Source: a candidate division WWE3 bacterium RIFOXYD1_FULL_39_9 | GTDB lineage: Bacteria > Patescibacteriota > WWE3 > UBA101185 > UBA10185 | Assembly (NCBI GenBank): GCA_001773295.1 | Contig: MEWG01000047.1 | Location: 1 to 32,212, forward strand | Length of the DNA stretch: 32,212 nucleotides | Direction of reading: 5' to 3' | In this document: positions 1 to 7,689 of the stretch, in pieces | Layout of the letters: each line of letters begins with the position of its first letter | Position numbering within the stretch: the stretch's first letter is position 1 | Made by a program: the position numbers and the translations under genes | The notes under the pieces: model-generated | Seen by the model: only the letters and a program-made list of their open reading frames with translations | What the model was told of the DNA's origin: nothing | The model's database searches: none

Positions 1-23
1 ATATCTTTTGTTGGTAATATCAA

Positions 24-1040
24 TCACAATTTTTCCTTTCTATCTTTATCAATCAATAGTTTATCAATCACATTATGAACTCTTAAAGCATTACTCATGT
101 TGCAAATAGAAGAGTATTCTTCTTTCATAAGTACTTTATAAACGTGTTGATATAAATTCCGTAAAGAGAACTTTAAATCAGTTTCAAAGAAACAACTTGA
201 TACTCTTTCTTGAATTGATGGAAGAGAATAATAATCTCCATACGTTTCTTCTTTTTTACAAAGAGTAGTTGATATATTCAAAAAATGATTATCAAAAATC
301 CATCTTCTCTTTCCTGTCAAAAGATGCATTTCAAAACAATCAAACTTCCTACCGTCAACAGGAACAATAAAGATATTATCACACTTAGAATACTTCAATC
401 TAACTGCATATGTAGGGTCTGAAGAGTTATAATCAAGAATTGGTTTTGTATCTACAATCTCTCCTTCTATAAATGTTCCTGCTACCCAATTTAAAATGTC
501 GATTGCATGGCTCGCATCCCTTACAAACCCCCTTGTATAGTAAAAGACAATACTTTGAATATCATTTTCTTTCTGGATATGTTCTATTGCATATCTTATA
601 TATTGAGAAAATCTTCTTCCATAATTGACGATAACTTGAATATTAGATTCTCTACAAAGCCAATCTATTCTTGTTGCTTCATAGATATTTTGTCCTGCTG
701 GCTTTTCAAGGATGATAACTTTAGGTAGGGTATTTGGTCCTGCATGTTGTCTTGATATTTCTTCTATCATTGCTAAGTGCGTAGAAGTAGGAGAAGCAAT
801 AACAATAACATCTGCTATCGTTTCATGAAAGCCAAGAGCGATTTTGCAATTCCATTTATCTGCTGCTCGTTCTGCTTTTACTTCATCTACATCTCTTACC
901 CATGTAAGTTCAAAATTAGGATCAGAATAAACAGCATGGGCATGAGTCAATGGAAATTCTGTATTTGGAGAATCTAAATGATCCAGTTTTAAACCACCGA
1001 TTGACCCTGCACCTATTAGACCAACGGTAAATTTATTCAT
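24..1040 (-). CDS. Gfo/Idh/MocA-family NAD(P)-dependent oxidoreductase
   Basis: 338 aa. N-terminal Rossmann glycine motif (GLIGAGSIGG). Family-typical EKP motif (VIILEKPAG) and NYGRRF. Confidence 0.7.
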   Translation of the reverse strand: MNKFTVGLIGAGSIGGLKLDHLDSPNTEFPLTHAHAVYSDPNFELTWVRDVDEVKAERAADKWNCKIALGFHETIADVIVIASPTSTHLAMIEEISRQHAGPNTLPKVIILEKPAGQNIYEATRIDWLCRESNIQVIVNYGRRFSQYIRYAIEHIQKENDIQSIVFYYTRGFVRDASHAIDILNWVAGTFIEGEIVDTKPILDYNSSDPTYAVRLKYSKCDNIFIVPVDGRKFDCFEMHLLTGKRRWIFDNHFLNISTTLCKKEETYGDYYSLPSIQERVSSCFFETDLKFSLRNLYQHVYKVLMKEEYSSICNMSNALRVHNVIDKLLIDKDRKEKL

Positions 1041-1042
1041 TT

Positions 1043-1792
1043 TTATTCTCCTGGTTGTTTTGACTGCAACTTTCTGTTGACAAGTATTTGTGGATTGTCA
1101 AGTATGAAATCTACAATTTCATCTACTGTAATTGTTTCCCATCTATTTTGAGAAACAAAATGCTCTATGAGAGTTTTGATAACTTCAAAATCTTCTTTAT
1201 AGTCTAACGTCAATCTCAATCCTGGCCAATTATAAATTCCTTCTGCTGCAAGATTTTTAAATACAGTAAATTTTGGAGCTAATCTAATTAAGTTCCATCC
1301 TGTATGTTGACGAAAACTTCCATTAACTCTTTTGTTTATTTCTTTCAATACTTCTGTATTGTATATTTGAATATCGCTACCATCAAACCATGATCTTGGA
1401 TTTATATTGCTTACATGCACATCATATAAAATATGAGTTATATAGCGTTTATAAATTTCATGCAACTTATCTATTTGAAGTGGGTCTAAAAGTGGACAGT
1501 CTGAAGTAACATCAACAATAGTATCAATGTTGTAAAACGTAGTGCAACAAATTACTCTTTGCATTACGTCTTCTTCACTACCAACAAAAAAATCAATTCC
1601 ATTATCTCTACAATAATAAATTATCTCTTGACTGTTTACAGTCGTTGCTACAATAATTTTATCTAAACACTTTGCTTGCTTAACTCTATCTATCATCCAT
1701 TGAAGTATCGGCTTGCCTAAAACTTCCATCATTACTTTGCCGGGAAGTCTACTGCTGCCCATCCTCGCTTGGATTATTGCTGCTGTTGTCAA
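1043..1792 (-). CDS. Sugar-nucleotide cytidylyltransferase (NeuA/SpsF-like, CTP_transf_3 type)
   Basis: 249 aa. N-terminus AAIIQARMGSSRLPGKV..LGKP is the signature of acylneuraminate/SpsF-type cytidylyltransferases. Lies 2 nt upstream of the oxidoreductase gene. Confidence 0.7.
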   Translation of the reverse strand: MTTAAIIQARMGSSRLPGKVMMEVLGKPILQWMIDRVKQAKCLDKIIVATTVNSQEIIYYCRDNGIDFFVGSEEDVMQRVICCTTFYNIDTIVDVTSDCPLLDPLQIDKLHEIYKRYITHILYDVHVSNINPRSWFDGSDIQIYNTEVLKEINKRVNGSFRQHTGWNLIRLAPKFTVFKNLAAEGIYNWPGLRLTLDYKEDFEVIKTLIEHFVSQNRWETITVDEIVDFILDNPQILVNRKLQSKQPGE

Positions 1793-1793
1793 T

Positions 1794-2336
1794 TTACAAT
1801 CTCCTTGTAGAAGTTTTGTAAAGCATTATTTCAATAATTAAATCTTTATCTTCATTAGATAAAGTTACTTGTCTTGCATTTATTCCGTACTCTTTAAACT
1901 TGTCTTTCCAAAAACTATCTCTTTTCTTATCGTTGCTTTCGTATTCTAATTCAAAAATAACTTCTCTAATTCCTACAGAAGCAATATTTTTTAAACAAAT
2001 AATGCACGGTTCGAGAGTACAATATAAAATTGAACCAAACGGAATTTCACTTGACTGCATTGCCATTTGATTGATAGCGTTTTGTTCTGCATGAATAGAT
2101 CTACACTCTTGGTATTTTATCGATCCGCTATCATCTGGAAGTGTCAATCTTCTAAGGCAATACTTATCTCCATCATCAGTGCATTGTGGTTGACCAGGAA
2201 GACTTCCGTTGTATCCTGTTGCTAATATCCTATGGTTAAATACAATAACTGCTCCTGTTGGTCTACTATTACAACCAGAACGAGAAGCAGCAAGTTTAGC
2301 CATAGCCAAAAAGTATTTATCCCAGGATAGTCTCAT
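1794..2336 (-). CDS. dCMP deaminase (zinc-dependent CDA fold)
   Basis: 180 aa. Zinc/catalytic motifs HAEQNAI and PCIICLKNI (HAE...PCxxC), preceded by TGYNG. Confidence 0.85.
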   Translation of the reverse strand: MRLSWDKYFLAMAKLAASRSGCNSRPTGAVIVFNHRILATGYNGSLPGQPQCTDDGDKYCLRRLTLPDDSGSIKYQECRSIHAEQNAINQMAMQSSEIPFGSILYCTLEPCIICLKNIASVGIREVIFELEYESNDKKRDSFWKDKFKEYGINARQVTLSNEDKDLIIEIMLYKTSTRRL

Positions 2337-2659
2337 TATTGTACTAACTCCAAATTAGAATAGTTGACCAATACTGGTTTTTCTCTTTCTGAAAAAACAA
2401 CAAGAGCTGCTTTAAAATATTCTTTTGGAAAAAAGATATTGCCAACTTCATCTTCCCATTCGATAAAGCCATTTGAAAGTGTTCTATATCCAATAAACAA
2501 ACCAATTCTTTCTTCGATTGGTTTTTCTTCCCATGATTTATATTTCTTTAATGGTTTGCCTGGTTTTGCTTCTCTGCGCTGCCACATTCTTTGTAAAGTA
2601 CTTTTTACAATTACTTTATCGCCAAGTTTAAAATTGCTTGATCCAATAATTTTTACCAT
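2336..2659 (-). CDS. Hypothetical protein
   Basis: 107-aa ORF packed tightly between the ThyA-like and dCMP deaminase genes. No motif recognised. Confidence 0.5.
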   Translation of the reverse strand: MVKIIGSSNFKLGDKVIVKSTLQRMWQRREAKPGKPLKKYKSWEEKPIEERIGLFIGYRTLSNGFIEWEDEVGNIFFPKEYFKAALVVFSEREKPVLVNYSNLELVQ

Positions 2660-4381
2660 TTATTCTTTCCTTAAATATTCTTTCACTATATCAATTTGAA
2701 AACCATAACAGTGAAGTCCTTGACTATAAAAAGTAAGCGGCCCTGGCTCAACTCCTAATTCATTTGCAATGTATTCGTTAAGCAAAGTAAAGCCGCCCAT
2801 GTTTTCTGGAAAGCCGCAATTACCAGTTATTGAGATTAAGTTGTTTCTTCGCATAACAAAATTAGTATTTTTATTATTTACACACCAAACAAAACCACTA
2901 TAATTTTGTTTTTTCAAACCATTGTTATCAAAATGTTGCCTTTGAATCATAGACTCTTTTCTTTTTGAAAGATAAATTGCTCCATCGCCTTCATTTATGA
3001 TAGAGTGATATCCTAATGAATAAGATAACTTTTGGAACCATTGAAGTCTATCTTTTTTAATTGAATAAAATATTTTGTTTGTATCGCTTCTGATAGATCC
3101 GTCTGCCATAATCATGGTGTCAAACAAAGCTTTTCTGTCTTCATAAACCAAATCCAATAATTTTTCTATAGGTTCTCTTTTTGGAATTAGATTAAAAATC
3201 CATTTAGAATATTCTACAGGTATATAGAAAACATAACTTTCAACATTAATACCATTTGGATATTCCTTGTTGGCAATTTTATATTTTGTTGTTTCAACAA
3301 ATCTTTCTGAAAAATTGATGTTTAATTTGTTTAAAATATCTCTAATTTCTTTATGATATTTCTTTTTTGTTTGATATATTTCTATCGCATTGCAATCCTG
3401 TTTATAAGAAGCATCTGTCAAAACCCATCCGAGTAACGATGCCTTGTCAGATCCTATAGACCAAGATCCTCCAAAATACGGAGCTGCTAATGGTATAAAA
3501 GATCCATCTTTTGGTTGGATTTTTTCCGCTTGAGTATATTGATATTCTTGTATGATTCTTTTGCGTCCTGAATGCGTTACATATTTATGTAAAACTCTAT
3601 GATTAGCGGTAACAAGTTGATCAACTCTTTCCGTTTTTAAATGGTACATTGTTTCATTAACAACTGGATACTTAACTATGTTTGAAATATCGCAATATTC
3701 CAGTTGCCATTTATCTAAATTTAATGAACAAACAGTATCTTTATTTTGGTTTATTGTATTTATATTTTTCCATCCGTTGTTTGTTAATACTTCTGAATCA
3801 TCACTTATGCAATACAAGTCCCATGATCGATAAATGATACCAAGACAAACTTTATTCTCTTTCACTTTGATATCTATACCCCTAAGGCACGGAGAAGTCC
3901 TACGTTCCGTTTCATTTTTATATGGCTTGTCATATCCAAAGTTAGTATCTGGATCGCCTACAGTAATAAAAGGATGGTTATTACCGTATCCTTTTTCTTT
4001 TAAATGCCGAATGCTCCATTCAAGTTGAGACTCGTATTTATTAGAATAAACATTTCGCACCTTGCCATTGATCCAAGTAGCGTATCTATACTCTTCATTA
4101 GTAGATAGATTAGGGTCCATAAGATAGTTGGCAAAGTATTGCTCTATCTTTTCATCTGTAGTTGTTGGTGATACTCCTTGAGGCATAATCGGCGCAAGCG
4201 GTCTTGTATGTGGAAATTGAATAATACCAGCAGCAACAGGAAGTTCAAGTCTGTAATCTCCTTTCATACTGCCTTCTGTAATTTCATATTTAATTCCGTA
4301 TTTCCAACAACAAGAAAGAAGCATGAAATATGCTTCGTCTAAAGTATTTGCATTGACAAATCCTGGCATAAATTTATCCAT
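2660..4381 (-). CDS. Thymidylate synthase-family enzyme (ThyA-like or dNMP (hydroxy)methylase) interrupted by an intein
   Basis: The exteins carry the catalytic-Cys context TSPCLRGID. The YRSWDLY / CGFPENMGG pair corresponds to the ThyA RS-D..G-PfN motif, and the C-terminus has GLHCYG. 242 aa of extein plus a 331-aa insert. Confidence 0.8.
   Translation of the reverse strand: MDKFMPGFVNANTLDEAYFMLLSCCWKYGIKYEITEGSMKGDYRLELPVAAGIIQFPHTRPLAPIMPQGVSPTTTDEKIEQYFANYLMDPNLSTNEEYRYATWINGKVRNVYSNKYESQLEWSIRHLKEKGYGNNHPFITVGDPDTNFGYDKPYKNETERRTSPCLRGIDIKVKENKVCLGIIYRSWDLYCISDDSEVLTNNGWKNINTINQNKDTVCSLNLDKWQLEYCDISNIVKYPVVNETMYHLKTERVDQLVTANHRVLHKYVTHSGRKRIIQEYQYTQAEKIQPKDGSFIPLAAPYFGGSWSIGSDKASLLGWVLTDASYKQDCNAIEIYQTKKKYHKEIRDILNKLNINFSERFVETTKYKIANKEYPNGINVESYVFYIPVEYSKWIFNLIPKREPIEKLLDLVYEDRKALFDTMIMADGSIRSDTNKIFYSIKKDRLQWFQKLSYSLGYHSIINEGDGAIYLSKRKESMIQRQHFDNNGLKKQNYSGFVWCVNNKNTNFVMRRNNLISITGNCGFPENMGGFTLLNEYIANELGVEPGPLTFYSQGLHCYGFQIDIVKEYLRKE
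2819..3811 (-). mobile_element. Intein with in-frame LAGLIDADG homing endonuclease (331 aa, residues 191-521 of the precursor)
   Basis: Starts CISDDSEVLT (block A) and has VTANHRVL (block B). Two LAGLIDADG-like motifs: LLGWVLTDASY and LFDTMIMADGS. Ends ISITGN followed by the +1 Cys (CGFPEN). Boundary codons were checked on the nucleotide sequence: tgc at 3811-3809, aat at 2821-2819, tgc at 2818-2816. Confidence 0.8.
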
Positions 4382-4479
4382 TAACTATTCCTCTTCTTTT
4401 TCATTTCTTCATATCCTTCTTTGAAAAACCATCCTATGATAAGTCCGCAAATAAACATTATCAAAAGTTCTTCTGTCAT
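4381..4479 (-). CDS. Small hydrophobic protein (32 aa), possible membrane peptide
   Basis: Hand-translated MTEELLIMFICGLIIGWFFKEGYEEMKKKRNS. Its TAA shares one base with the ATG of the ThyA-like gene (TAATG). Below the ORF-track length cut-off. Confidence 0.35.
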   Translation of the reverse strand: MTEELLIMFICGLIIGWFFKEGYEEMKKKRNS

Positions 4480-4485
4480 TTTTGT

Positions 4486-4731
4486 TTATCCTTTTTCTGT
4501 GAAGGAGTTTACCATTGCTTTGTCTAATTGGTTGCAAAGTCTATCAAGACATAAACGGCAAATAAAAACACGACTTTTGAATATATCAAACTCTCTAACA
4601 TTTGGAATTTCTACAACTTGCGGAACATAACTACTACAGAAAGAACACGAAGCATTTACATTTTCAAATACGTTTGGCTCTGGTCTTGGATTTGAAATTA
4701 CTTTTGCTTTACTTAGATCAATTTTATTCAA
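4486..4731 (-). CDS. ClpX-type C4 zinc-finger protein
   Basis: 81 aa with a TTG start preceded by AAAAGGAG. CSFCSS...(22 aa)...FICRLCLDRLC resembles the ClpX N-terminal zinc finger pattern CSFC...IC..C...C. Confidence 0.45.
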   Translation of the reverse strand: MNKIDLSKAKVISNPRPEPNVFENVNASCSFCSSYVPQVVEIPNVREFDIFKSRVFICRLCLDRLCNQLDKAMVNSFTEKG

Positions 4732-4766
4732 GTTATATTCTCCTTTTAGTTTTGCTTTTCTGGTCG

Positions 4767-5366
4767 TTACGCGGCCTGCCGCGAATGTTCAGCGAGCCTC
4801 AAAAGTTCGTCCCTGAAAGCGATGGGTGTTGCGTTCGCTTCCTTCTTGCCTAAGGTCGGCTTGTTGCGATCTTTTCCACGCTGATCGTGGAAACCAATCT
4901 GATATGCGCCCATAGGGCGCGCCCATCTGAGTTCAAACGGCGCTACCTTGCCGACGTAATAAAGCCATGTTGCCTTGTTCGCTTTGTGACCATAAGCCGA
5001 CTGCCAGACCTCGCAAGTCCAACCGATACCATCAACAGACTTCACCCACGCGCCTTTTTTTGGCTTCGTTAAACCGAAGAAATTCCAAGCATATGTTTGT
5101 GCAGGGTGCTCCAATACACCGCCGTTGATTCTTACGGCGGCAAGCGCTGCATAAAAACAGCCACCATCTAACCACGGCACGTTGTGCTTGCCTCCCCATC
5201 GAGTGAAATTCACCTTAGCCATCTTCCCCCACTTCTGGCATGGTGGATGCGCAACAACAGGATTGAATCCTACATATTTTCTTGCGTCTCTGCCCACGTC
5301 CCAAGGATCGACAAAATTGAGTCCGAAATAGACGCCATTTTTCTCCACAAACAAAGCTGAAATCAT
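4767..5366 (-). CDS. Compact C5-cytosine-methyltransferase-like protein lacking a recognisable SAM-binding motif I
   Basis: AHPPCQKW matches motif IV (PCQ), and GVLEHP about 40 aa later matches motif VI (ENV). DQRGKDR may be QxRxR, and NATPIAFRDEL may be motif X. The N-terminus ALFVEKNGVYFGL stands where LFxGxGG is expected. The start at 5366 is preferred because GGAGGA lies 7 nt upstream; the track start is 5381. The ORF is about 53% G+C by hand count. Confidence 0.55.
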   Translation of the reverse strand: MISALFVEKNGVYFGLNFVDPWDVGRDARKYVGFNPVVAHPPCQKWGKMAKVNFTRWGGKHNVPWLDGGCFYAALAAVRINGGVLEHPAQTYAWNFFGLTKPKKGAWVKSVDGIGWTCEVWQSAYGHKANKATWLYYVGKVAPFELRWARPMGAYQIGFHDQRGKDRNKPTLGKKEANATPIAFRDELLRLAEHSRQAA

Positions 5367-5679
5367 AGGCCAGTCCTCCATATCATTACTATACCTTTAA
5401 TTTCTCCTTCTACCTACGAAGCAAAGTTCGCAGGTAGGTAGAGCATTATAGGCACATCAGCCGGTCGCTCTGAATCTTCATATATGAAGATTATAGTTTG
5501 CGAAGAAGAGCGGAGCCCGATCAAGGGCCAGTGTCACCTTGCGGCTCCATATGTATTCTATACTATTAATCTTACCCCTCCTATTTAATGGATTTTGAAA
5601 TCGTTTGGTTGGCTTTTACCAACCGCGTTTCATAAAGCACCTCCATCGTTTGTCAATGAGCGATTAATCATATGGTATA
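5367..5679 (-). promoter_or_regulatory. Long structured 5' leader or candidate ncRNA upstream of the MTase-like ORF
   Basis: No long ORF. Four stems: 5607-5624 (GGTTGG/CCAACC), 5512-5548 (GGAGCC..CAAGG/CCTTG..GGCTCC), a 20-nt perfect palindrome at 5473-5492, and 5410-5441 (CTACCTAC/GTAGGTAG) just before AAGGAG. A 5-codon mini-ORF MKRGW at 5616-5633 sits behind a GGAGGTG SD. An internal TTCAGA-N18-TATAAT lies at 5445-5474. Confidence 0.35.
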
Positions 5680-5685
5680 CAGCTT

Positions 5686-5716
5686 ATTATAATAAGATTT
5701 TTTGAAAAAATAAAAG
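5686..5716 (-). promoter_or_regulatory. Conserved promoter-like motif, copy 1
   Basis: Minus strand reads CTTTTATTTTTTCAAAAAATCTTATTATAAT. One of five near-identical intergenic copies (T-rich box, 9-10 nt, TATTATAAT). Confidence 0.5.
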
Positions 5717-5724
5717 ACGATTGG

Positions 5725-6351
5725 CTATTTTTTGACGTAGCTTTTATCAAGCTTTTTATCTATATGGAAAACTTTATCTCCTGCCTCACACAATATATCA
5801 TTTTGTGTAACGATAATAATTTGCAAGCTAAGTTTTTCGCTTATCTCTTTTACCATTTTAGCCGCTCGTTTATGCAGATTGCCAGCAGCAGAATTAAGAT
5901 GGCGAAATGGTTCATCGAATAAAAAGCAATTCATTTTCTTTGGTTCTTCTAAAGACCATAGGGTTGGCCGAAGCGCAAAAGATGCCACATCTACAATACC
6001 AAAACCAGTCCCATACATCGGTCTTCTTTCTTTGCCATCTTTAACAAACAAAGGAGATGCTTCTGTTCTGCCTCTTTTAATATCGAATCTGAGTTTTAAT
6101 TCATATGCATCTTCTCGAAAGATGGCTGTCATAGCAAGAGAAGCTAATTCGTTCAATCTAAATTCTAACAAAGATTGAGTTTGAAGTGCTATCAACTGGA
6201 TTATAGTTTGTGCTTTTTGACAGTTTATCAAATGCTCTTTGTTTTTCTCTATTGATATCTTATAACTTTTTACTTGCTCTAATATAGCATCTCTTTTTCC
6301 TTTTGCTCTATCTAATTTAGACCTTAGCCTTGAAGTTGAATCGTATCCCAT
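5725..6351 (-). CDS. sbcC: SbcC/Rad50-like ATPase, C-terminal half (coiled coil plus lobe II)
   Basis: 208 aa. Walker B/D-loop FLFDEPFRHLN. Signature-like segment GTGFGIVDVASFALRP. N-terminal heptad-rich region. RBS GAGGAAG lies 6 nt upstream of the ATG. Confidence 0.6.
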   Translation of the reverse strand: MGYDSTSRLRSKLDRAKGKRDAILEQVKSYKISIEKNKEHLINCQKAQTIIQLIALQTQSLLEFRLNELASLAMTAIFREDAYELKLRFDIKRGRTEASPLFVKDGKERRPMYGTGFGIVDVASFALRPTLWSLEEPKKMNCFLFDEPFRHLNSAAGNLHKRAAKMVKEISEKLSLQIIIVTQNDILCEAGDKVFHIDKKLDKSYVKK

Positions 6352-6587
6352 GAATACTTCCTCTCAAGAGATTGAACACCATTTTCAAATTTGACTTCAA
6401 GTTTTTTTAACGATGCTTCTTTTTCGTCTATTAGTTTAGATAATTGTTCTACTGTTTTTATCTTATCTCTTTTTTCAAGGTCTTGCATAATAGCAGATAA
6501 AGCACCTTCTGCTCTGGACTTTGCAGTATCGGCTTTATCAACTACAGATTTCATCTTAAGAAGTTTTTCTGCTAATTTGTTATCCAT
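6324..6587 (-). CDS. Coiled-coil protein (possible additional Rad50 arm segment)
   Basis: 87 aa, K/E/L heptad-rich. RBS AAAGGAAAT. Overlaps the next gene by 28 nt. Confidence 0.45.
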   Translation of the reverse strand: MDNKLAEKLLKMKSVVDKADTAKSRAEGALSAIMQDLEKRDKIKTVEQLSKLIDEKEASLKKLEVKFENGVQSLERKYSWDTIQLQG

Positions 6588-6598
6588 TATTATTTCCT

Positions 6599-6802
6599 TT
6601 ATTTAAAAACAATATCTACAATCTTCTGTTGTATTTCATGTCTTGCTCTGGATTCTGCAATATACAAAGTAGCATCTGCTATATTTCCTTCTGCCGAGAT
6701 AACTCCTTTAATCATTTTAATGGCATCGACAATAGGTTTTATATCTTCTTCTTTTAATCCCTTTTCAATTGCTACTGTTACAGAATGATATTTATTACTC
6801 AT
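6599..6802 (-). CDS. Hypothetical protein (67 aa)
   Basis: The start was moved to MSNKYHS because that ATG forms an ATGA overlap with the SbcD stop (6799-6802). Confidence 0.45.
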   Translation of the reverse strand: MSNKYHSVTVAIEKGLKEEDIKPIVDAIKMIKGVISAEGNIADATLYIAESRARHEIQQKIVDIVFK

Positions 6803-7689
6803 TGTTGCATCCACCTCCATATAATATTTTTTACATTATCTTCTGTCTTATTCGCATTTGTATGCTCTTGCATATTCTTTCTAAAATTTAATTTAATGGA
6901 GTAATCCATTTTCATCGAATCGATATAAGTATCTATTCTTTCGTCCATCTCTTTTTGTACATTGATATGAGTCCTAACAACAACCGATTTGTCTATTGGT
7001 ATTTTTATCTCTTCAATGGAATTATCTTCTGCATACCAAAGATAAAAGCATGGCTGATGGTCGATCTGATCTGCATCCATTCTCATTACAGAACCAGCAT
7101 TGACAATCCTTCTGTTATTAACTTCTATATCGAATCTTGTATGATTGTCTCCGCTTAGAATTAAGTCGTATCCTTTTAACTCTTCCAAAATGTCATACGC
7201 ATTTCTGGTTTCAAACATTGCTTTTTCTAAACTGATTTGCATATGAACGAGACAAATATATGGCTCTTCGTCTCTTCTCTTTCTTCTTGGTTTTGGCTCT
7301 ATTCCATAAGGAAAACCTACTACTTTAAAACCATCGCAATCTATTGTTGTTTCATGATTTAAAATAACTTCTGCTTTGTTTGCTTCTTGTAATACTGCAA
7401 GGCCGGACTTATTAAATAGCTCCAAGTTATGGTTTTGGTTGTCATGTTGACCTGGAATACAAATAAATTCCGGCATATATTCAAGAGCAATGCGAAGTAG
7501 CTCGGGAGAAGGCTTCCAATAATTAAAGACATCCCCAGCGATTAATAAGGGAATATTATATTTGTCGCATATCTGATTAGCGTACTTTGCTTTATTTATT
7601 TGCGCTTGCATGAAATCATCTACACGACAAGTAGGGGTATCTTCTCTCCAGTGCCAATCAGAAGCAAGTAGTGCGGAAGGTTTTTTCAT
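6799..7689 (-). CDS. sbcD: SbcD/Mre11-family metallophosphoesterase nuclease
   Basis: Phosphoesterase motifs LLASDWHW, IAGDVFN, GQHDN and SGDNH. The start at 7689 (MKKPSALL) forms an ATGA overlap with the upstream stop. The longer track start lies inside the upstream gene. Confidence 0.8.
   Translation of the reverse strand: MKKPSALLASDWHWREDTPTCRVDDFMQAQINKAKYANQICDKYNIPLLIAGDVFNYWKPSPELLRIALEYMPEFICIPGQHDNQNHNLELFNKSGLAVLQEANKAEVILNHETTIDCDGFKVVGFPYGIEPKPRRKRRDEEPYICLVHMQISLEKAMFETRNAYDILEELKGYDLILSGDNHTRFDIEVNNRRIVNAGSVMRMDADQIDHQPCFYLWYAEDNSIEEIKIPIDKSVVVRTHINVQKEMDERIDTYIDSMKMDYSIKLNFRKNMQEHTNANKTEDNVKNIIWRWMQQ

Noticed and set aside
5516-5532. ACUGGCCCUUGAUCGGG in the structured leader resembles the ACUGGCCC-GAUGA-CCCGG core of SAM-I riboswitches, which is tempting upstream of an MTase-like gene.
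   Set aside because: I could not find the other conserved SAM-I elements (the CUUAUCAAGAG P1/P2 segment, the GCAACC junction or the kink-turn). The resemblance is too short to call without a covariance-model scan.
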